Positions 10,442-20,155 of a DNA stretch of 64,000 nucleotides are shown here, in pieces; the first letter of the stretch is position 1, and each line of letters opens with the position of its first letter. The stretch comes from an uncultured Verrucomicrobiae bacterium (GTDB lineage Bacteria > Verrucomicrobiota > Verrucomicrobiia > Chthoniobacterales > Chthoniobacteraceae). Made by a program: the position numbers and the translations under genes. The stretch covers positions 96,001 to 160,000 of the forward strand of contig CAWHEP010000008.1 in the NCBI GenBank assembly GCA_963828525.1. The letters run 5' to 3'. The notes under the pieces were generated by a model. It was not told the origin of the DNA. It did no database searches and worked only from the letters and a program-made list of their open reading frames with translations.

Positions 10442-11219
10442 GGACCGAGTCTATCACTGAGTCTTGCTCTGGCGGGAGCAACTCCTTTTTTCCATCGTCG
10501 AATCCGGGGCATCCTCTGGAATCAATAAGGCCATACTTGAAAGTGCTGTTCAGGATTATTATCGCAAAGTCTCGATCTCCGGAGGCCGCAGGATCACTCT
10601 CAGCGATGGGAAGCACCTTCGCTTCCTTCCCCATGCTGTCCGTGAAAAAACTTCCTGCCCTCACGTCGATTGGCTTGCCGGAAGAGGATGTCCACGTGGA
10701 TTCTCCCACTACCTGGGTATCACGCGATTCCTCCGGGTCGCTTTCCAATGAGGCAAGCCCACATGAATCTGCCTCCCAGACACCTCCCTCCGAGCCTTTC
10801 CCGTCCTTGAAACCTTCATCGCGTCCCCCGGTCTGAATGACGAAGCTGGTGCGTCCCGAGAAATACCTCTCCAGAACTGGAGCTATTCTACCGAATTCGA
10901 GATTGATCAGGACTGACCGTTTCGGCGGAGTGTAGCTGTCGAACTGCACCGTTTGAACAGAGAGGCGGGTGTTTCTATCCATCCCTACAGCGAAACCAGG
11001 GAGTAACGAAATGAGCGCCTGGCCTGTCCCGTCCGTCCGGAAAGTAGTTCCCGCGGGAAATTTCTCTTCGTTGCTGACCCTGCTGAACGTGTTTGTGCCA
11101 GCACCCTCCGCCTCCACACCGCCGCTGAGGACACGAACAGTGACGAGAACCGCAGGGGACGCCAGCAGCGGCGAACCCGCCAAAAATCCGGCGATCATAA
11201 GGAGACGGAGGTTCTTCAT
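10374..11219 (-). CDS. Secreted FecR-like domain protein
   Basis: Signal peptide; GTTFRTDGTGQALISL, NTRLSV, INLEFGRI, FVIQT, TQVVG resemble FecR beta-domain motifs. First gene of the export operon. Confidence 0.6.
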   Translation of the reverse strand: MKNLRLLMIAGFLAGSPLLASPAVLVTVRVLSGGVEAEGAGTNTFSRVSNEEKFPAGTTFRTDGTGQALISLLPGFAVGMDRNTRLSVQTVQFDSYTPPKRSVLINLEFGRIAPVLERYFSGRTSFVIQTGGRDEGFKDGKGSEGGVWEADSCGLASLESDPEESRDTQVVGESTWTSSSGKPIDVRAGSFFTDSMGKEAKVLPIAESDPAASGDRDFAIIILNSTFKYGLIDSRGCPGFDDGKKELLPPEQDSVIDSVLGRPFNPANAGELPPISPSTLQ

Positions 11220-11252
11220 TATGTTCGCCTCATTTTGGCATGCTGCCGCCCG

Positions 11253-11277
11253 TGGTCATCACTCCCGACAATGACCA
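11253..11277. promoter_or_regulatory. Inverted repeat TGGTCAT-N11-ATGACCA, candidate operator upstream of export operon 1
   Basis: Perfect 7-bp dyad about 35 bp upstream of the 11219 start codon. Confidence 0.3.
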
Positions 11278-11439
11278 AATCTCAGACAAAACCAGATATT
11301 CCGAACGGTGAAGTGAGCGTATCCGTAGTTAGCGCTTTAGGGGATCGCAGCTTGGCATAGCATAATCTGGGCTCAGTCGAATGTCTAGAATCGACGCTCA
11401 GGAAAAGCTGATTTTAACTGCATGGTTGAATTTTTTATT

Positions 11440-12060
11440 CTAGGCAGTGTTGTCGAACGTTTGCGCCAACAGGCGCTCTAGAGCCGGACATAGTTGCTCC
11501 GGGGGCAAAGGAGAGCCGGTTTCCTGCTCTATGCTGGTCATTTCCGCTCCTGCGATGCCACACGGCACTATCTGCTGGAATGGGGAAAGGTCTCCGCAGA
11601 CGTTCAGCGCGAAACCATGCATGGTAACCCAGCGGCGCACACCGACGCCAATGGACGCGATCTTACGCGGGCCAACCCAGACGCCGGTTAAACCTTCCAC
11701 CCGGCTCGCCTTGACGCCGTACTGCCGCAGCACTTCGATTAGAATACCTTCCAGAGCCCGCACGTACCAATGAAGATCCGGGCGAAGCTTCTTTAGGTTC
11801 AAAATCGGGTAGCCGATGAGCTGTCCTGGTCCATGATAGGTAGCCTGCCCGCCCCTCTGAATCGTAACTAACGGATGTGTGAGATGTGAAACTCCGCGCA
11901 GGCTGGAGCGATCCAGCCCGCGACCAATGGTGAATACGGGCGGGTGTTCAAGTAGAAGGACGATATCCTCCTCCGACCCTGAAAGGCGCGCTTCGACGAG
12001 CCGCTGTTGCAGTGCAAGCGCATCCTCAAAGTCGACCCGCCCCAGCCATTCCACCCTCAT
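11440..12060 (-). CDS. lipB: Lipoyl(octanoyl) transferase
   Basis: LLLEHPPVFTIGR, RGGQATYHGPGQLIGYPI, TGVWV..RKIASIGV, TMHGFALNV, IVPCGI. Confidence 0.97.
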   Translation of the reverse strand: MRVEWLGRVDFEDALALQQRLVEARLSGSEEDIVLLLEHPPVFTIGRGLDRSSLRGVSHLTHPLVTIQRGGQATYHGPGQLIGYPILNLKKLRPDLHWYVRALEGILIEVLRQYGVKASRVEGLTGVWVGPRKIASIGVGVRRWVTMHGFALNVCGDLSPFQQIVPCGIAGAEMTSIEQETGSPLPPEQLCPALERLLAQTFDNTA

Positions 12061-12065
12061 ATCTT

Positions 12066-12581
12066 TTAAATGCGGCGCGTCTCCTCCCCGCCAGCGCTTG
12101 AACCGTGGTGGGCCTGAAAATGCGTAAGGCCCACCGCAAGCGCGTCCGCGGCATCCGGCGCCGGGTTCTCGGAAAGTCCCAGAAGCGCTCGCACCATGAA
12201 AGATACCTGGGTTTTCACCGCGCCGCCCCTTCCCACGACGGCCTGCTTGACCCGGCGGGGCGCATACTCGTAGATGGGCAGGCCCCGGGAAGCGAACGCA
12301 AGCATCGCGGCTCCCCGGGCGCCGCCGAGAACGATCGCGGTCTGAAAACTCTGCACGTAAATGATGGCCTCAATGGCCGCGCAGTCGGGCTGATGCCGGA
12401 TAATCAGCTCAAGGATTTTTTCATGAATCGCCACGAGACATGAGGAAGGGAGCAGTTTGCTTGAATTCTTGATGACGCCATACTCCATGGAATGGATTTT
12501 CCTGGCCCGTTCCTCCAAAACGGCGTAGCCGGTGCAGCGTAGAGAAGGATCAAGAGATAGAACTCGCATCGGGCTCGGCAC
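12066..12581 (-). CDS. ruvC: Holliday junction resolvase
   Basis: LSLDPSLRCTGYAVL, AIE, LGGARGA, EYAPRRVKQAVVGRGGAVKTQV, DAADALAVGLTH. Confidence 0.96.
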   Translation of the reverse strand: MPSPMRVLSLDPSLRCTGYAVLEERARKIHSMEYGVIKNSSKLLPSSCLVAIHEKILELIIRHQPDCAAIEAIIYVQSFQTAIVLGGARGAAMLAFASRGLPIYEYAPRRVKQAVVGRGGAVKTQVSFMVRALLGLSENPAPDAADALAVGLTHFQAHHGSSAGGEETRRI

Positions 12582-12602
12582 AGCCGCCTTGTGTTAGATA
12601 TA

Positions 12603-14997
12603 TCACGAGGCTACGAACCTTTCCAAGGCGTTCCAGGCGTTCTCCCAGTCCTTCTTTTTCGCCCAGAGTTCCCCTTCTACAAAACGCAGGTAGCTCGGAG
12701 GTTTCGATGCTTGAATGGCATGAAGGGTAAAGAGCGCTCCATCAATGTCCCCCTCCCGCTCCTGCTCGCGGCACAGGGAAAGTCCGCTTACGAGATCACC
12801 TTTGTTAACAAAAAATGCCCTCTCAAGATCCTGGCGGCTTTGTCCCGTTACGCCCTGTGGCACTGCGGATGGCGGCGCATCGCGCAGCACTGTCTCGCAG
12901 GCTTCCTGGAACCGACCCCAGCTCGCATAGCATCTGGCAAGATCCTGCCATCCAATCCGTTCAAATGCTGGATGGGATAGAAGCGACTCGGAAAGCCACA
13001 CACGATCCCCTTTGTCGAACCAAAGAGAGAAAAACTTCTGTTTTTGCGCGTCTGAGAGCGTCTTTAGCTCGGGATCTTTGGAGAGCAGCCGCAAGCTTTC
13101 AATGTCGAACTCTACAGAGTCGGCAGTCTCAAAGAGGTACATCAGACAATCTGGAGCAAGCCTCGCAAGCATCCGCACCCGGGCCCGCATGGCGCCTCGA
13201 AGGGGAACACGAGCAAGCATCTGCCGGTAAAACTCAAGCGCCGGACTCTGGGGATCCGGCTTAGCTGTGCAACGGCGCAGAGACTCAGCCCAGGCGTCGC
13301 GAGTCCTCTCCTCGTTCCCAGCTGCAAGCCAGAACACCCCCTCATTGAAGCAGGAACTGGCTGAGTGGGGGTCCAGATAGCGGGCGGTGTTGAAGTCGCG
13401 TCTAGCGGCCTCCTCCGATATGAAGACTTGTGATTCGGCTGCCGCCCGCTGGAAATACAGGTGAGGCTCCAAAGGCGCGATTGCCAAGGATACGTCGGCG
13501 CTTCTGATTGCCGCCGCATAATCTTCCCCGATCACCAAATCAGCCGTTCTATCTGCCAGGCGGTCTACTGTGGCGGTCGTGGGAAGAACGCGGGCTCCCC
13601 GCGCGGAGGCCAGCCACCAACACCCGACAAGGATTAGCACGAGCCCTCCCAGCCGCTGTCCCCAAGCCAGCCCTGCGGGAGTTGAACCTCCGTCAGGATT
13701 TCTCCTTAAAGCGATGCTCCCAAGAAAAAGCGCTGGCCAAAGGCTGCCGAGCCTGTGACCCGATACGTCCACGAAGCCGTGGATCAAAAAGCCCGCTACG
13801 CAAACGAGCGCCGCAGAACGGAGATAGGGAGAAGAGCCGGGGTCGAAAGGGAAGCAGCGCCTGATCTGTAGCGCAATAGCGGCGGCCAGGAACAAAACCG
13901 CTATCCACCCCATCTCCGCGCCCATCCACAACCAATCGCTTTCGGGATGGAGGATTGTGTTCTGAAGAACCGACTTGTCTCTATAGATGGGGAACAAGGG
14001 TTTGAAGTTGCCCAACCCGACTCCGAGAAATGGAGCATGCATTGACATTGCGAAAGCGTCACTTTGGATCAGAACCCGGTAGTCCTCGCCGCGAAGGAGG
14101 TTTTTGAATTTCCCATTCTGGAAGCGCTCCAGAGTAGCGCCCCCGCCCAGGAAGAAGAGCGCTAGAGCACATGTGACCAACGCCATGCTGATCGCTGCTC
14201 CCTTTACGGATCGGGAGAGGTAAAACGAGCAGACCTGCCAGACAACAATTCCTCCGAATAGCAGGAAGACTCCAGCCCGAGAATAGAGGTTAACGACCTC
14301 CGCCCCAGTGACAAGCAATGCGGGTGCCAGAAAGAACACGGCGCGACCGCGGCGTCGCAACGAGTCAACGGCTGCCGCGTACAGTCATGACGGCAGCCAG
14401 CGCAAGAACATCGGCGGCCTGATTACGATTCGGGAAAAAACTGCTGTGGGGCCACAGCATTCCTGCAGGAAGGGGGGGGCCAGACCACCATGGGACACCC
14501 TTCCCAAGCAGGCTCGCGCCCAAGGCGAAGGCCGCCAGCAGCGCCATCCCACCGCAGAATAGATGCACAGCCACGCGACTTTCTGCCTCTCTCCAGGATT
14601 GGGATTGAAGAAACCAAGCCCAAATGACACCAGCCGCTAACTGGGAGAATGCCTGCAGCGTCAACCATGGCTGAGTTGCCCTCGAAAAAGGGAGTTTTTG
14701 TCCAAACCGCCCCTCCAGGATGGAACGCCACTCCAGCGACGGAAACCAATGCGCCGGCAGGAATGGTAGTACCCCGGCGCATAGTACTCCGGTTACCAAC
14801 ACAAAAACTCCCCATCCGGGCGCCGTATGGCCACGAAACACGCACAGAATGAGTCCGCTTCCAATCAAGAGGGCACCTCCGGACCACAACAGCGTTGAGC
14901 CGCCCATGGCGGGAGCGGCGATTACTGCCGCTACAATTGCTGCCGAGGCCAGTGAGGAGTGAGTCTTGAGTGGGGGCCGAACAGAGAGCATACGCAC
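12603..14997 (-). CDS. O-antigen ligase (Wzy_C) family membrane protein with C-terminal TPR-like region (frameshift near 14360-14390)
   Basis: Multi-TM, FPNRNQ, YSRAGV, GVGLGNF, HPESDWL..AEMG, HGFVDVSGHR across ORFs 14365-14997 and 12603-14360. Confidence 0.85.
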
Positions 14998-15187
14998 GGA
15001 AAAACTAATTATTGACGAAGGTTAAGAATTCAGACACAGATTTCTACGAGCGAAGACCGCGCATCGGGATACAACCGACCATAACCGGCACAGGGTCCTG
15101 CTGAAAAGAAACATCAAGATTATTATTGACGTTTGCGCTTTAATCGCTAAAACTGCTGAAAGTCTCAGATTTCCACGCCCAACTCCC

Positions 15188-16105
15188 ATGAAAAATACAT
15201 TCAAATTCCTCCTCCTGACTGCAGCGCTGTCTCTGACAGTGTCAGCGGCGAAAGCCGATCCAGTGAACGGTCTCCTTGCAAGCTACGGTTTCACACAAGA
15301 TTGGACCGCTCTCTCTGTGGGACAGGACACTTCAACGGACTCGGACTACTTGGTACAAGGTTCCTCCATCACCGGATTCTTTGGAGTCGCAGGGGCAGGA
15401 CAGCATGCAAGTGTTCTTGATACCTCGAGCGTGGACTACGCTTATTTGAATTCGAGCGCAACTCCTCCGTCGACGATTACGGTTGCGTCCACGGCTCACG
15501 CGTCCAGCGTCACGAATCGCAATTTGAACCCTGACATCTCGGCGGCGACAAACGCGAGCAATGCTTTCGCGGCGATGTCTGCGACGCCTTCCACCTACGC
15601 GAGTTCGAATACTACCTTTTGGAATCCTACAGCCAACACGCAGGCTCGTAACTTCACATTGTCTGGAACTTCGCAGAGCCTGACCCTGACTGCGGCTACC
15701 TCAGGGACGACGGTGCTGAATATCAAGAACTTCACACTTTCCGGAGGCGCTGTTTTGACCCTGGCTGGAGTCACCGGCTCAAAGTTCGTCTTCAACATCG
15801 GCCTGAACAGTAGCTCAGCCAACTACCTCTTCGCGATTCAGGACTACTCGAAGGTCGTCATCCAACCCGGCGGCGCTTTGACCGCGTCCAACGTTATCTT
15901 CAATGTCCTCGGGACGAGCCAGCAGAATGAGACCGGCCCAAACAATGGTATCGCTGGTTTCGCGTTGAATAACCACTCCAGCCTTCAAGGAACCATTCTC
16001 GCTGTGAACCGGACGATCGCTGTTCGAAATAGTTCGACTGTCCTCGGGGCAGCCATCGCCGCTCGGATCGAAGTTTCCGGTGGAGCGTCCATCGTAAGCC
16101 AGTAA
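15188..16105 (+). CDS. Secreted Ser/Thr-rich beta-solenoid protein (ice-binding DUF3494 / choice-of-anchor-A-like)
   Basis: Signal peptide MKNTFKFLLLTAALSLTVSAAKA; motifs TVLNI..FTLSG..LTL.G..FVFNI, ASNVIFNV, LQGTILA..RTI. About 26% Ser+Thr by hand count. No PEP-CTERM tail. Confidence 0.65.
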   Translation: MKNTFKFLLLTAALSLTVSAAKADPVNGLLASYGFTQDWTALSVGQDTSTDSDYLVQGSSITGFFGVAGAGQHASVLDTSSVDYAYLNSSATPPSTITVASTAHASSVTNRNLNPDISAATNASNAFAAMSATPSTYASSNTTFWNPTANTQARNFTLSGTSQSLTLTAATSGTTVLNIKNFTLSGGAVLTLAGVTGSKFVFNIGLNSSSANYLFAIQDYSKVVIQPGGALTASNVIFNVLGTSQQNETGPNNGIAGFALNNHSSLQGTILAVNRTIAVRNSSTVLGAAIAARIEVSGGASIVSQ

Positions 16106-16162
16106 TTCTCGCAGTGATGGAGGCGTGTTCGCCTCGCCTTCGTAACGTCACTTTTTGCTCTT

Positions 16163-16190
16163 ACAAGTCCCGCCTCTCGGCGGGACTTGT
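16163..16190 (+). terminator. Perfect 12-bp hairpin (intrinsic terminator or REP-like palindrome)
   Basis: ACAAGTCCCGCC-TCTC-GGCGGGACTTGT followed by TCGTTTT, about 57 bp after the 16105 stop. Confidence 0.55.
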
Positions 16191-16261
16191 TCGTTTTCAA
16201 GGGAAGTGCTCGTTGCAACTCGCCCGTCGACGCGCAATACTTATCCGCTGTTAAAGTTGTA

Positions 16262-17674
16262 ATGATTGCCCAGCGCACCCATGGCCTTCGGAACGCGTTG
16301 CTTCTCTGCGAGTGTGCGCTCGCCAGCCTTCTTTTCTGGCTGTTCGTCGCGGGGTTCATCCTGTTTGGAGGCGGCACAGAAGCGATTTTTCTTAGCCGCT
16401 ACCCCATCTACTGGGCGCTCGTTGTATTCGGGATTGTTCTGGAATCCGCTGAGCGTGACAAGGGCAAGAACAAGACTGTTCTGATCCAGCGAGACCTCCT
16501 CACTCAGCACCGGATCACAGTCCGGCAGACTGTATTCTCGATCATTCTTATCTCGGTCTACCTGGCCATCATGAGAGACAGGTTTATATCGAGGGTGTTT
16601 CTCTTTAGCTTCGCGCCGACGTTATACCTGGTCCTTCTATGGGCGAATTATAGCCTCCCCGCCAAGCTGGCGCAGAAGCTCTTTCGAGGGGAGTATGTCG
16701 AGCGAACACTGTTAATCGGTTCGAAAGCGCGCGCGGAGAAACTGCTACAGTGGCTGAAGCGAAAAGCGGCTTTTGGAATCGATGTGGTCGGCATCCTTTG
16801 TGACGAAGCCCCGGTCGGAGATGTCCATGGACTTCCCTCGCTAGGCAACTCCGACGAGGTGGAAGCTGTGGTTAATGAGCATCGGGTCACACAGATTATC
16901 CTTTTGGAACTTCCGGTGGCCCGTCACGTCCACCAACATCTGGTTTCTGTGGCGGAAAGATTGGGCGCTCGGCTTCTGATCCTGAGCGACCTCGAGGAGA
17001 AATTAAACCATCCCGTGGTGAACATTGAGGACGACGGGTTGCAATTTATCACTCTGCGGCCCGAACCGTTACAAAATCCGGTGAACCGGCTCCTGAAACG
17101 CTCTCTGGACATCGCCGTTGCGCTGCCTGTTCTGGCGTTTATTTTTCCTGTCACTTCGTTGATTGTGTTTCTCTGTCAGCGACGTCAATCGCCTGGCCCC
17201 TTGTTTTTCCGGCAGACCCGAGCTGGCATTCAAAACCATGAATTTCTCATTCTAAAGTATCGGACCATGCACGTGGCGAATGACGACGCGGCGCGGCAAG
17301 CCTCCACAAATGATCCTCGGGTTTTTCCTTCAGCCCGGTGGCTTAGAAAATATAGCATCGATGAGATTCCCCAGTTTTGGAACGTCCTCCGCGGAGACAT
17401 GAGCGTTGTAGGGCCGCGGCCTCATCTGGTTGAACACAACCGGCAGTTCTCCCGCCTAATGGCGAACTATCACATTCGCACATTTGTTAAACCCGGCATC
17501 ACCGGACTGGCTCAAGTCTGGGGATACCGTGGAGAAGCAAGAGATTCCCAGGATATCTTGAAGAGACTCGAGTCAGACATCACCTACCTGGAAAATTGGA
17601 CTCTCTCCCTGGACTTCGTGATCATCTTCAGCAGCGCGTGGCACATGGTGGCCCCACCTGGCACCGCGTATTAG
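16262..17674 (+). CDS. Priming undecaprenyl-phosphate glycosyl-1-phosphate transferase (WcaJ-like)
   Basis: Four N-terminal TMs, KRSLDI, SPGPLFFRQTRAG, KYRTM, LRKYSIDEIPQFWNVLRGDMSVVGPRP, VKPGITGLAQV, DITYLENW. Likely start MIAQRT at 16262. Confidence 0.95.
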   Translation: MIAQRTHGLRNALLLCECALASLLFWLFVAGFILFGGGTEAIFLSRYPIYWALVVFGIVLESAERDKGKNKTVLIQRDLLTQHRITVRQTVFSIILISVYLAIMRDRFISRVFLFSFAPTLYLVLLWANYSLPAKLAQKLFRGEYVERTLLIGSKARAEKLLQWLKRKAAFGIDVVGILCDEAPVGDVHGLPSLGNSDEVEAVVNEHRVTQIILLELPVARHVHQHLVSVAERLGARLLILSDLEEKLNHPVVNIEDDGLQFITLRPEPLQNPVNRLLKRSLDIAVALPVLAFIFPVTSLIVFLCQRRQSPGPLFFRQTRAGIQNHEFLILKYRTMHVANDDAARQASTNDPRVFPSARWLRKYSIDEIPQFWNVLRGDMSVVGPRPHLVEHNRQFSRLMANYHIRTFVKPGITGLAQVWGYRGEARDSQDILKRLESDITYLENWTLSLDFVIIFSSAWHMVAPPGTAY

Positions 17675-18462
17675 CGCGGTACGCGGTAGCTGCGCCGCTG
17701 GCGTTGGTAGCGAAGCGGGAACCACGAACACCCGACTGCGCAGAAGAACCTTCCTACGTTCGCGAAGGGACAAAAATGCGGTTCTCCGATGGCCCCACTG
17801 AACGCCCCTGATGGGTGAACGGGCTTTTCCTCGTGCCGGAGGGATGCAAGGAATGCGCGTAACTCAGCAAGATTTTCGTCTTTTACTTCGATCAACAAGA
17901 CGGGCCTGGCATTGCTGCAAAGTTTCAGTAGCGCCCTGGAGGACATTTAATTCATGCCCCTCGGCGTCGATCTTCATGAACGCGATATCCGTAATCTGAA
18001 AAGAGTCGAGTTTCTCGACGCGCACCCGGATAGACCGATGGGTTTGGGCTTCCGGAAAATTTCCTGACGTCAAACTCCCCCAGCCATCCATTTGGACGCC
18101 ATCGACCACAGGGAGGAAAAAATTCTGCTCCCCAGCAGCGGATGAAAGTCCGACCGCTCGGATACACACGTTGCCAGCATTGAAGGAGGTGAGATTGCGC
18201 AACAGTCCAGGATTTATTTCGAAGGCATGGACTCTGTCGAAAAGAGACTCCAGCCGATAGGAGAAGAGCCCTTGATTGGCGCCCACATCCACGGCAACCC
18301 TGTGGTGGGGACACATCTGAAGGATTTCTTCGATGTAGCGCAGCTCAGGCTCGCATCGCCCAGCGATGACGTGAAGGAAGAGATGGGCAAACGTTTCTCT
18401 TTAGGCGCAACATTGAGCAAAGACTTCTGCAGCGCGCGGATGATTAGGCGGGGGACTTTCAT
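17671..18462 (-). CDS. FkbM-family methyltransferase (frameshifted)
   Basis: AVDVGANQG, VHAFE, FMKIDAEGHELNVLQGA, RPVLLIE across ORFs 18214-18462, 17864-18316 and 17671-17946. Confidence 0.85.
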
Positions 18463-18587
18463 CTACGAACGGAAAGGAACTTGCGAACGCGCTATATCAA
18501 CGATCAACTGAACCATTTATGTTACGGGCCACCGCATTGTCAACGCCTCTCGGACTGGCAGCCCATGGCGCCTGGACGCCCCAAAAG

Positions 18588-19832
18588 TCACTTCAACAAG
18601 GTTTTCTCTTCCCCGACAGCCTCCCGGAGGACGGTGCCGAATTCACGCAAGATCTTACCTTTGTCGAACTGCTGAACAAAAACTTGAGCAGCGAGACTGA
18701 ACTTCTTTAGCAGATCCGGAGAGGAGGCCAACTTGGACAAAACTTGCGCCAACTGCTCAGGTTGGCCCGGGAGCACATTCAAACCGAACTCGCCTTCAGT
18801 AAGAGCTCTGAAAAGTTCACTCTCTTCATCCGCGACGGTTACCACGGGCTTGTAAAAAGCAAGGGCGCTGAGGAGCTTGCTAGGGAAGAAAGCGCCGCCT
18901 GCTCCCCGCTGCTGGGTGATAAGACAGACATCCGAATCCACCAGCAACTCCGTGTACTCCTGGCTTGCCTGCAAAGGCAGCAGCAGTATACGGCGCTCCA
19001 ACGTGTTCATCCGGATACCCGCCTCCAGGACGCCTCGGTGGGCGCCCTGTCCACAGATGATGATTTTGATATTTTCCGCCGTAATGTATTTTGCGGCTTC
19101 CAATAGGATTTCGATCCCTTGCTTCACTCCGAGATTGCCGGAATAAACGGCAAGGAAATCTCCACTCGCGATTTCGTGCTTCTGCCTGAACGCGCCTCGG
19201 GCCGGGAGCGTGTCATGATCGACGGCCTCAGCGGAGTTTGGAAAATAAACCAACTTTTCTGGGGGAACACCCTTACGCCGAAAACAATCGACCATTCCGC
19301 GACTGATCCCGCATACAAACCGCGCTTTTTTATACGCCAAAGCTTCCATGCCATAGAGGAGTCGCGTGAAAAAGTTTGGCTTCAGCATGCCCAATGATAC
19401 GGCGGCGTCCGGCTGAAGGTCCTGCACATGGAAAACGAAGGGAGCGCCTTTCAGCAGAGATGCCAGCCAAGCCGCCAACCCAAGAAGCAGTGGAGGTGAT
19501 ACTACGACGTATACGTCGGGACTCGGCAGAGACATGATGCGCAAGAATGACGCCCCCACAAACGTCGCCTCGTGAAGGATTCGTTTCGTAGGAGTTACGA
19601 TATTTGGAACGTAGTGCCAGCAACGATAAACTGGCACGTTGTTTAAGTCGTCCTTGCGAAAAAAAACGCCTCTGTCCGGAGGCATTTTTTTCCAAGCGGG
19701 ATAATAAGGGAAACTGGTGACCATGACAACGTCGTTCCCCATCGCGCGCAATCCTTCGCACATCCTGACATTGCACGGGGCGATGCCTGCTACCTCGGGA
19801 GCATAATTGATCCCCCAGACAGTTACTCGCAT
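18588..19832 (-). CDS. WcaI-like GT4 glycosyltransferase
   Basis: GINYAPEVAGIA, FPYYPAW, VVSPPL, HVQDLQPDAA, YSGNLGVKQG, FPSKL. Confidence 0.9.
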   Translation of the reverse strand: MRVTVWGINYAPEVAGIAPCNVRMCEGLRAMGNDVVMVTSFPYYPAWKKMPPDRGVFFRKDDLNNVPVYRCWHYVPNIVTPTKRILHEATFVGASFLRIMSLPSPDVYVVVSPPLLLGLAAWLASLLKGAPFVFHVQDLQPDAAVSLGMLKPNFFTRLLYGMEALAYKKARFVCGISRGMVDCFRRKGVPPEKLVYFPNSAEAVDHDTLPARGAFRQKHEIASGDFLAVYSGNLGVKQGIEILLEAAKYITAENIKIIICGQGAHRGVLEAGIRMNTLERRILLLPLQASQEYTELLVDSDVCLITQQRGAGGAFFPSKLLSALAFYKPVVTVADEESELFRALTEGEFGLNVLPGQPEQLAQVLSKLASSPDLLKKFSLAAQVFVQQFDKGKILREFGTVLREAVGEEKTLLK

Positions 19833-20155
19833 TCAAACGTCCGGCGGGCAAGCTGTGACCAAACAAGGCGCGTCATCGTAGCTGCGGGGTTCGATATTGC
19901 GGGAACAAGAGGGCGGGAAAATTTGCCGAACCGCATTGCGGAAAGCGACACTATAGCCTTCCGCCGTTGGAGCAACCCGAAATCACGCGCGCCCGACTGC
20001 TGAATTTATCTGGACAACCGAATTGAAACCCGGGAACCGTTGTCGCGCGGGAGCGCTCTCAGAAGAATCACCGATCCTATGAAGAAGAAGCGTACTCACA
20101 ACCACACTTTGTTCACGCTCCTCTCAGGAGATGCTGGCGCGGGGGAATAGGAGCT

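Noticed and set aside
20079..20150. 23-aa uORF MKKKRTHNH... before the GT4 gene
   Set aside because: No attenuator structure or other support; could arise by chance.
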